From Candidatus Bathyarchaeota archaeon (GTDB lineage Archaea; Thermoproteota; Bathyarchaeia; 40CM-2-53-6): a stretch of DNA of 64,000 nucleotides. The notes under the pieces were generated by a model. It was given only the letters and a program-made list of their open reading frames with translations. It ran no database searches and was not told the origin of the DNA. Position 1 is the stretch's first letter. Each line of letters starts with the position of its first letter. Shown here in pieces: positions 1 to 7,427 of the stretch. The stretch covers positions 1,550-65,549 of the forward strand of contig VBBP01000051.1 in the NCBI GenBank assembly GCA_005884195.1, written 5' to 3'. Both the position numbers and the translations under genes were made by a program.

Positions 1-750
1 CCATCGCTGAAGAAGACTTGGAAGCCTGCCGGAGATCTTACAGAGAAAGATTGGGTCTTCTTTCCGCTCTTCAAAGGTAATAGAGAGGGCGATCCCGAAC
101 TACTCTACCTCCTCGGCCTGTACATGGCCGGAGGATATCCAACAGGCAATCAGGTCTACTTTGCACTGGGACACAAAGAACGACAACTCGCCGAGCAGAT
201 TCTTCAGATGGCGGAAAAGCACTGGAGCGTCAAGGGCTCAATAAACCATCACAGAACTGGACTGCTCGTTCGCTTTTCCAAACCAGCTTTGGCCGAATTC
301 ATGAGGAAAGAGTTCGGCAGTAGAGCGGTCAATAAGAAGATCCCGTCGTGGATTATAGAACAACGCGATCCTCAACCGTTCCTCGAAGGATGGCTGAAGG
401 GAGACGGTTTCAAGCGTGGAAACACTTGGAGGCTCACGACATCATCCAAAACCGCAGCTTACCAGGCGCTTCTCATGGGTTCTCGGCTCGGCATTCTACC
501 TGCCATCTACACGGACGACAGGGAAGCGCGAGGAATTTTCCAGGGACGAAAGGTCAACGCAAAGCCATCATACGAGATACGATTCCATCAAGACGGCAGC
601 AAATACTCAAACAAGGCAAGTCACGTAGTAAAGACGGAAAACGGCTTCTGGGTCAGGATAAACAAGATAGAGAGAGAAAAATTCTCGGGCAAGGTCTGCA
701 ATATGGAGACGCCGTCAAACACGTACCTTCTATCCTTCATCGTACACAAC
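1..750 (+). mobile_element. Intein (C-terminal part) with LAGLIDADG homing endonuclease domain
   Basis: WKPAGDL..D Hint motif; LAGLIDADG blocks LLGLYMAGG and FLEGWLKGDG; block F KVCNMET; terminal VHN (AAC 748-750) followed by Cys +1. Confidence 0.92.
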
Positions 751-1008
751 TGCGCGGATCTGCCGCCCGAGTATTCCAGCCAGGATGGAACATGGACAGG
801 CTATCGGCTAGATGGCGACAAGACCCATACTGAATCTACACTGAAAAGATACGGGCGACACAAAGCGTGGATCGATCCCACTTACAAGTTTGAGGGGAAA
901 AATGTCGTTTTAGTCTACAATGCTAGTACGAAACGACAGTCGACATTTTCAAAGTCCATAGGACCATATCAATTCTTTCTCTCATTTTCAGCCTCCTCTA
1001 GCGGCTAA
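1..1008 (+). CDS. 3' part of an intein-containing gene (host protein unidentified); frame open from window start
   Basis: Frame 1 is open from base 1 (PSLKKTWKPAGDLTEKDWV...) to TAA at 1006-1008; an 85-aa C-extein starts CADLPPEY at 751. Confidence 0.8.
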   Translation, partial: PSLKKTWKPAGDLTEKDWVFFPLFKGNREGDPELLYLLGLYMAGGYPTGNQVYFALGHKERQLAEQILQMAEKHWSVKGSINHHRTGLLVRFSKPALAEFMRKEFGSRAVNKKIPSWIIEQRDPQPFLEGWLKGDGFKRGNTWRLTTSSKTAAYQALLMGSRLGILPAIYTDDREARGIFQGRKVNAKPSYEIRFHQDGSKYSNKASHVVKTENGFWVRINKIEREKFSGKVCNMETPSNTYLLSFIVHNCADLPPEYSSQDGTWTGYRLDGDKTHTESTLKRYGRHKAWIDPTYKFEGKNVVLVYNASTKRQSTFSKSIGPYQFFLSFSASSSG

Positions 1009-1045
1009 GTATTCTTGCTGTTTGTTGAATAGACTCGCTTGAGCC

Positions 1046-1651
1046 ATGCGCTCGCTCTCAGCCAAACCGGAAGGAGAACTCATAACGATCACGCCCAGAG
1101 TCGGTGAGGGCAAGTTAGCGAGTGCGCAAAGACAATCCAGTAGACCTCCTTGGAACAAGGGTCTCAAAGGGCACGTCTGCAAGAACCCAGAGACTTGTTA
1201 TCATAAAATCAAGCCCATCGGAATGACGCGAGCTGGCCAGTCCGAGGCAATGAAACGCGCTTATGCAGAAAAACCTGGCCTCATCGAGGTTAGACGACAG
1301 CAAATGGCTGAAAGATGGAGACTAGGGCTAATCGACAAGGCAAAGATCAGGGAGGGAATAATTCGATCTCTTGCGTATCGCAGACCCATGTCGAGTGAAG
1401 GCAGGGCCAGACAAATTAGTGCGGCTCAGAAGACTGCTGCCATACTGAATTCGAAGATAGTGCCTGAACACAACGCGAAGGTTGCCTTACGAATGCAGGA
1501 GCTAATGTCGATCGGGGTTCAACTCATCTACGTCGATCTAAAGGGGCATCAGAAACCTGATCTCATCTGGTTCGACGGAAAGAGAATAGTCAGTGAGGAC
1601 ATAAAGTCCACCGGCAAAAGTGAGATAGAAAAAGAAATTATCGTGACTTAA
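1046..1651 (+). CDS. Putative free-standing homing-type endonuclease (NUMOD3-like N-terminus, PD-(D/E)xK-like C-terminus)
   Basis: PWNKG motif and basic helical repeats (MSSEGRARQISAAQK); C-terminal KPDLIWF...SEDIKS. Confidence 0.55.
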   Translation: MRSLSAKPEGELITITPRVGEGKLASAQRQSSRPPWNKGLKGHVCKNPETCYHKIKPIGMTRAGQSEAMKRAYAEKPGLIEVRRQQMAERWRLGLIDKAKIREGIIRSLAYRRPMSSEGRARQISAAQKTAAILNSKIVPEHNAKVALRMQELMSIGVQLIYVDLKGHQKPDLIWFDGKRIVSEDIKSTGKSEIEKEIIVT

Positions 1652-1822
1652 TGCCCGCAGTTCCAGCGAGTCTCGGTCCCACAGTAGACACAATTTTCAT
1701 TTGCCATATCATCGAAAAACGCGATTGCCTCAAGCCACGCTGCTCGTCACTACACGTGACTGTCGAATGTGACCATTCGATGTGAGCGACACTTAAGAAC
1801 CGGAATTAGATGTTAGCTCCGC

Positions 1823-3148
1823 ATGGAGACGACGACCACCCAGAAGGAGACGCTCTGGCGGAATCCCAACTTCCTAAAGCTCTGGACATCCGAGACCATT
1901 TCCCAGTTTGGCAGCCAGTTCACCGGGCTAGCCCTGCCTCTAACAGCCATTATCATTCTAAGCGCGGACCCTGTTCAGGTCGGAATACTCAACTTCGCAG
2001 GGTCTGTGCCCTGGTTGATCTTCGGGCTCGTAGCCGGCGTATGGATTGACAGGCATCGTAAACAGCGCATCATGGTTACCTCCAACATTCTACGAGGATC
2101 AATACTCGCACTAATTCCGATAGCAGCCGTCCTGGGAGTCATAACAAGACTCGGAATTCCATTTCTTTACGCGATAAGCTTCTGTGTCGGATTCCTACAG
2201 GTCTTCTTTGACATCACATACCAATCCTACCTGCCCTCTCTAGTGCGCAGGGACCAGCTTGTCGAAGGAAACCGCAATCTGCAGGCAAGCGCCTCTACGG
2301 CTCAGGTTGCTGGACCAACAATAGCGGGAATCATCATCAGCATAGTCACCGCGCCCATCGCCATTGTCTTTGATGCATTTTCATTCTTCGCGTCCGCACT
2401 CGCACTAGGACGCATAGATCATGAAGAGGTGATCGACAAAGAAATCGTGAAGCCTTCGGTATTAGCTGATATTCGAGAAGGGCTCCATGTTGTTTTCAGC
2501 AACAGAATGCTTCGGATGATCGCAGGCTGTACAGGGACATCCAATTTCTTCGGAACCGCGCTGGGCACACTCTTCCTACTCTACTTGATTCAGCCTAGCC
2601 CTGCTGGGCTTGGAGTCTCCGAAAATCTCGCCGGAGTTACCGCGGGAATCATCTTCAGCGTGGCCAGCGTCGGCGCTCTGGTTGGAGTCGCAGTCTCCAC
2701 TAAGGTAGCAAGGAGCATTGGAGTTGGACCCGCCATACTCGGGAGCATCCTCATTGGAGGATTGGGGGCCATTCCCTACTATCTGTCAGGGTCCCTAACG
2801 GTATCTCCCCTGTTTACGCTGGGAGGGTTTGGGGTCAACTGGAGCATGCTCTCCATCATGGCAGGCCAGTTCATCAGCTTCATCGCGACCGTAGTTTACA
2901 ATGTCAACCAGGTGAGTTTGAGACAGGCGATAGTTCCGCTGCGTCTTCAAGGCCGAATGAACGCGACGATGCGTTTCCTAGTTTGGGGTACAATACCTCT
3001 CGGAGCTATTACGGGCGGGATTCTGGGAGAGTTTCTGGGACTGCGGACCGCGATCGGAATAGCGATACTCGGGGGCTCGCTATCGTTTCTCTGGGTTTTG
3101 CTCTCGCCAGTGCGTTCGCTCAAGACGATACCTGAGCACATGGGATAA
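1823..3148 (+). CDS. MFS transporter (DHA3/EntS-like)
   Basis: LWRNPNFLKLW start, GVWIDRHRKQR motif A, RQAIVP..LQGR, about 12 hydrophobic segments. Confidence 0.9.
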   Translation: METTTTQKETLWRNPNFLKLWTSETISQFGSQFTGLALPLTAIIILSADPVQVGILNFAGSVPWLIFGLVAGVWIDRHRKQRIMVTSNILRGSILALIPIAAVLGVITRLGIPFLYAISFCVGFLQVFFDITYQSYLPSLVRRDQLVEGNRNLQASASTAQVAGPTIAGIIISIVTAPIAIVFDAFSFFASALALGRIDHEEVIDKEIVKPSVLADIREGLHVVFSNRMLRMIAGCTGTSNFFGTALGTLFLLYLIQPSPAGLGVSENLAGVTAGIIFSVASVGALVGVAVSTKVARSIGVGPAILGSILIGGLGAIPYYLSGSLTVSPLFTLGGFGVNWSMLSIMAGQFISFIATVVYNVNQVSLRQAIVPLRLQGRMNATMRFLVWGTIPLGAITGGILGEFLGLRTAIGIAILGGSLSFLWVLLSPVRSLKTIPEHMG

Positions 3149-3219
3149 TCAAGAGCCCTATATCAGCGATAAGAAACGAAGATAGCTAGCGCTCGCTAGA
3201 ATATCGGCAGAATTTTCGA

Positions 3220-4053
3220 TCACGAGAATGCCTGATTCAGTTTCTTGTAGTCTCCATCTGGCACTTTCCAGTCGGAGACAGTCGCGTTTTCATGCACGTG
3301 CTGTTTGTCAGCAGCTTTCGGTATCGCTACAACATCGTCATGCTGCAAGACCCACGCGAGCGCAATCTGGTTTCGGGATCGTCCCAGCGTTCCAGCGATC
3401 TCGTCCAGGACTTTGAACGGGCCGCCGCGTCCTCGCGGGATCTTTCCCTGACCAAGAGGGCTGTACGCTATCACCGTTATGCCTTCCTTCTGACAGTACT
3501 GGAGGACTCCACCCTCCGGGCTTCGATCAACTAGACTGTACTCGATCTGGTTAGAGACTATTTTCTCGCGGGAGAGAGATTCCTGTGCCTCTCTCATCTG
3601 TTCAACGGAGAAGTTGCTTACTCCGATAAACCGGACCAGACCATCCTTTACCAGCGTCTCCATCGCCCGCATCGTCTCGGCGATAGGAATCTTGGAGTTT
3701 GGCCAGTGAAGTTGGTAGAGGTCCATTTGTTTTCGGTTGAGCCTCTTCAAGCTCATCCGCGCAGAACGCAGAACATCATCGTGCGCAAAGTGTCGCGGAG
3801 AAACCTTCGATGCAACGAAAACCTGTTCCGGGCGTCCCTCAAGCGCCTGAGCCACAACTTCCTCGCTATGGCCTCCACCATACATTTCAGCAGTATCGAT
3901 AAAATTCATTCCGAGTTCGAGGCCCAGTCTGATGGCCTCGATTGAGGCGTTGTCCTTAGACGCGTTCGGACCCATCTCGCCTCCAATCCCCCATGTTCCT
4001 TGGCCAACAACTGGAATGGACTCTCCTGTGCGGCCGAGGGTTCTGTAGTGCAA
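3220..4053 (-). CDS. Aldo/keto reductase
   Basis: GQGTW, IDTAEMYGGGHSE, DLYQLHWP, IGVSNFS, AYSPLG, IPK motifs. Confidence 0.95.
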   Translation of the reverse strand: MHYRTLGRTGESIPVVGQGTWGIGGEMGPNASKDNASIEAIRLGLELGMNFIDTAEMYGGGHSEEVVAQALEGRPEQVFVASKVSPRHFAHDDVLRSARMSLKRLNRKQMDLYQLHWPNSKIPIAETMRAMETLVKDGLVRFIGVSNFSVEQMREAQESLSREKIVSNQIEYSLVDRSPEGGVLQYCQKEGITVIAYSPLGQGKIPRGRGGPFKVLDEIAGTLGRSRNQIALAWVLQHDDVVAIPKAADKQHVHENATVSDWKVPDGDYKKLNQAFS

Positions 4054-4529
4054 TTGATGAACAACCGTAGTCGGAAGAAAATTCTCGAGGCTTTAAACTG
4101 GCGTACGATGACCGAAGAAGGACAACATTATGCGTCACGATAATGCCCCCCGCTCCAAGTGAGAAACGGCCCAAGAACGACCCACAGAAACGGCCGATGA
4201 AACCTGTCGAAACCGTTAGAGAATCGCCATAAATCGCCCATTATCAGCCCTGTTCCGGAATCCAAGCCCGCGATTTCCAGACACGCCATTTTCCACGCTT
4301 GTCCCTAGGGGAATACACAGGGATCGAAAGCAGCCAAGCAAGGCGATAACAACCCCGTCTCCAAGAAATAAGCCCGGAAACACCCCCCCAGACAACAACA
4401 ACCTCCCGGAAAAAACGGATCTCTTGGGCAACCCCTGCGTGGCATGAGTGGTTTCTCCGAGAACAGTTGGGCTCGAACAAGTTGCCGTCCGAGAATACTC
4501 TTGGCTCATGTTTTCTGGGATGGTGTTTT

Positions 4530-5459
4530 TCAGCGACGCGCATTTCGCCATGTCTCGCCGATCCTTCCGGCTCCTTTCGCGAGAAGTTCCTCTCCTGTCT
4601 CGTGAGCTAGTCTTGTGCCGTCAGCGGAGTTTCCTGTTCTTGTCGCAGACAGTCTTTCTCTGCCATCCAAAGATAGAACACATGCTTTCACCTGAATCCG
4701 GTTTCCCCTCACTCCGGCAAGTCCGCCAACAGGGACTTTGCTTGTCTCCTCGAGAATCCGGACCAATTCTCTCTCCGCCTCCGCCTCGGCCCGCGTCGGT
4801 AGATGCTCCACTGATCTCAATATCTCGATGACCTTCAGATTGTCCCGTCTCGCAACAATCGCCAGTGCTCCTTGGCCCGGTGCTGGGATGAAATCGTCTG
4901 TGGACAATCTCTCCGAAATTCTCTCAGCTATTCCAAGTCGTGCCAGTCCAGCCTCCGCGAGTATGACCGCGTCAAACTCTCCCTTGTCCACTCTCTCGAC
5001 CCGTGTCTCCACGTTTCCAAATAGAGGCTCAGGATTTACATCCGGTCTCACACGTCTCAGCTGGGCGACTCTGATCGGGCTGCTCGTCCCAACCCTAGAA
5101 CCTCTAGGCAGATCCTTCAATCTCATGTGTCGATTACTGACAAGTACTTCAGCTGGAGAGCCTCTCTCTGGAACGCTCGCGATCACCATTCGCGTGTTCC
5201 TTTCGCTAACAGGCACGTCTTTCATGTTATGGACCGCAAAATCGACCCTGCCCTCTGAGACCGCCTGATCAACTTCCTTGTCGAATAGTCCTCTCTGTTC
5301 CAGAGAGAACAGAGACCTTCCCTTACCAGCATCCCCAGAAGTCTCCAGGATCTTCCGGTCGATTTTCAGACCAGCATTCTTCTGCTTGATCCGATCCACC
5401 ACGAGATCGGTCTGAATCAGGGACAGCTTGGTGTTTCGGGCCCCGACCTTGAGAAATAT
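4530..5459 (-). CDS. hemC: Divergent porphobilinogen deaminase (HemC) family protein lacking the cofactor-binding Cys; probable ATA start
   Basis: KVGARNTKLSLIQ, GLFDKE, HNMKDVP, GTSS, GNVETR, PAPGQGAL, AER; the conserved N-terminus extends 57 nt beyond the track start, to an ATA at 5459 behind GGTGA. Confidence 0.85.
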   Translation of the reverse strand: MFLKVGARNTKLSLIQTDLVVDRIKQKNAGLKIDRKILETSGDAGKGRSLFSLEQRGLFDKEVDQAVSEGRVDFAVHNMKDVPVSERNTRMVIASVPERGSPAEVLVSNRHMRLKDLPRGSRVGTSSPIRVAQLRRVRPDVNPEPLFGNVETRVERVDKGEFDAVILAEAGLARLGIAERISERLSTDDFIPAPGQGALAIVARRDNLKVIEILRSVEHLPTRAEAEAERELVRILEETSKVPVGGLAGVRGNRIQVKACVLSLDGRERLSATRTGNSADGTRLAHETGEELLAKGAGRIGETWRNARR

Positions 5460-5594
5460 TCTCGAGTCACCGTGCTGAAGCTTTCACGATAGCACCGACC
5501 GCGTTGAATCGGGTAAACCGCTCGAAGACTGTTGCGATAATAAGACTTGACGTCAAGGTTCAATTCTAGCGAATCATAGCGTTGCAGTAGCTGC

Positions 5595-5888
5595 TTAGAT
5601 GTCGGTTGACAGCTCGCTCGTCCCCGAAGAATCCTGGTCAGTCTTCGGAGAGCTATGCAACGTCTTCACCACATCCTCAAGCCTCCTATGACTCTTCTGC
5701 AACCGAATCTCGTCCTCCTCAAACCCAAGCTCCGCCATCCCATGCTCGCTGAGGAATTTTGCAGCCCATGAAACAGCGTTGCCCGGAATGCGCAACTGTT
5801 TCGATATCTCGTCCAGCTTATGCCATGCGCCATCCACAATATGCATCCAGACATACCAGAGAAGCATCGGTCGTGGTCCGCTAGGCAA
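5595..5888 (-). CDS. Small putative winged-helix protein
   Basis: DGAWHKLDEISKQLRIP...AAKFLSEHGMAE has an HTH-like pattern. Confidence 0.55.
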   Translation of the reverse strand: MPSGPRPMLLWYVWMHIVDGAWHKLDEISKQLRIPGNAVSWAAKFLSEHGMAELGFEEDEIRLQKSHRRLEDVVKTLHSSPKTDQDSSGTSELSTDI

Positions 5889-6011
5889 TAGCTATAGGCT
5901 CCCGAATCCACCTTCTTGTCCCGTATCCTACTAATGCGAGTGTAACTGTGCGATTCTTTACCCAGTAACACGCTGGTGAACCGCTACCCCTTTGAACCGG
6001 GCTTATCGCTA

Positions 6012-6548
6012 ATGGGTCCGAGAGGAAAGATTCTCACCTCGCTCCTCCTAATCATCATAGTCATCATTGCAGTCTGGCAGTTCGCGAGTCCCGCGCTGAT
6101 CCCGTCAGTCGGGACCAAATACGTCTCATCAACGCAGTACGCCAACCGTGGAAGCTGGGTCGTGCTGGAGGTTTCTGGTTACGGCAAAGTCTTCCTAGCC
6201 TTCTCCATCGCCAACCTGACATATCCTCGCACCACGCTCCCGACCTCATACTCGATCATCGTCAGTAAAGTGAACGAGACCGCTCTCCCCGCGTACATTC
6301 GCGGATTCACCGTGAAACTCACCGCTCTACAGATCCAAGACAGCTATGATGGTTCAGTTTCGAGCTGGGCTCCCTCAGGGAACTTCCCGGATGCGGCCCA
6401 AGCAACGACCCTCTTCAATTTCAAGACCTCAGCAAACCATCAGCTCAAGTTCACTGTAAGCTACCAGCTCTACGAGATACTCTTCATAGGCTCACTCCTG
6501 GATCACTCTGCAATCCAATCTTTCAACATCACACAGAATGTCGTCTGA
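6012..6548 (+). CDS. Hypothetical membrane-anchored/secreted protein
   Basis: Basic N-terminus plus hydrophobic stretch (RGKILTSLLLIIIVIIAVW), then S/T-rich beta-type domain; start moved to ATG 6012. Confidence 0.7.
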   Translation: MGPRGKILTSLLLIIIVIIAVWQFASPALIPSVGTKYVSSTQYANRGSWVVLEVSGYGKVFLAFSIANLTYPRTTLPTSYSIIVSKVNETALPAYIRGFTVKLTALQIQDSYDGSVSSWAPSGNFPDAAQATTLFNFKTSANHQLKFTVSYQLYEILFIGSLLDHSAIQSFNITQNVV

Positions 6549-6614
6549 ACAATTTTTCCATCCGCTAAAGGATTATTTATCCCGCCCCCGAGGGTCGTCT
6601 CCGACTGTTGAGTT

Positions 6615-7244
6615 TTGGCCATAACCTACGACTATATCGATGATTATCTCTACCGGATCGCCCAGCCAAGAGACCTCCTGCTCCAGAAGATGGAAGAAGA
6701 AGCCGACACGGGAGCCGTCCCAATAATCGGACCCCTTGTCGGCCGTCTCCTTTACAACCTCGCCCGTAGCAGCCAGAGCAAGAATATCCTCGAGATAGGA
6801 ACCGCTATCGGCTATAGCGGAATATGGCTAGGAAGAGCAGTCGCACCCTTGAAGGGCTCGGTGACAACCATCGACAAAGATCCGGAAAGAGTGAAGCGAG
6901 CTGAGAAGAACATCGCCGTGGCCAAGCTCCAGAAAGTCATCAAGGTCCTCAAAGGAGACGCGTTGCACATTCTACCTACTCTCAAAGACGAATATGATCT
7001 GGTATTCCTTGATTCTGACAAGCAAATCTACCTCGAAGCGTTCAGGCTCAGCGTGAAAATGCTCCGTAAGGGAGGCTTGTTCATCGCCGACAACACACTG
7101 TGGGGCGGCGACGTTGCAAAAGGAGGAAAATCAGAGCTAACTCAGACCATGATCAAGTTCAACAAGGAAGTATCCGGATATGCCGGAATGTCAACAGTAA
7201 TCGTTCCTCTACGCGACGGAGTCCTAGTCGGTCTGAAGGAATAG
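6615..7244 (+). CDS. O-methyltransferase (COMT/CCoAOMT-like)
   Basis: LEIGTAIGYSGIW, DLVFLDSDK, GGLFIADNTLWGG, PLRDG. Confidence 0.93.
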   Translation: MAITYDYIDDYLYRIAQPRDLLLQKMEEEADTGAVPIIGPLVGRLLYNLARSSQSKNILEIGTAIGYSGIWLGRAVAPLKGSVTTIDKDPERVKRAEKNIAVAKLQKVIKVLKGDALHILPTLKDEYDLVFLDSDKQIYLEAFRLSVKMLRKGGLFIADNTLWGGDVAKGGKSELTQTMIKFNKEVSGYAGMSTVIVPLRDGVLVGLKE

Positions 7245-7427
7245 ATGTTTCAGAAACCATTGCACTTTACAGCGCATTTGTGTTCAGACGGTTTTTCCAG
7301 CTACACTACAAGTTTATACGATTCTGTACAAATCTCTTTAATTAGCGGACACGATGGGTGGGAGATACTCCTGAAGTTCTCGCTCCGAAACACGGGGAAG
7401 AAGAAGTATAGGAGTTAGGTAAACACA

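Noticed and set aside
900..1700. Group I intron enclosing the NUMOD3 ORF
   Set aside because: Only a weak CCGCAG resemblance near 1655; no P7-forming R/S elements and no convincing downstream exon.
4200..4551. ORFs 4216-4551 and 4244-4543, and GGAAAC motifs as ORB/oriC
   Set aside because: Translations are not protein-like; GGAAAC is followed by a C-run rather than the ORB G-string, and no cdc6 is in the window.
7295..7427. NrdR box or cobalamin riboswitch upstream of nrdJ
   Set aside because: ACACTACAAG matches only a half-site; no B12-box, and the leader is too short.
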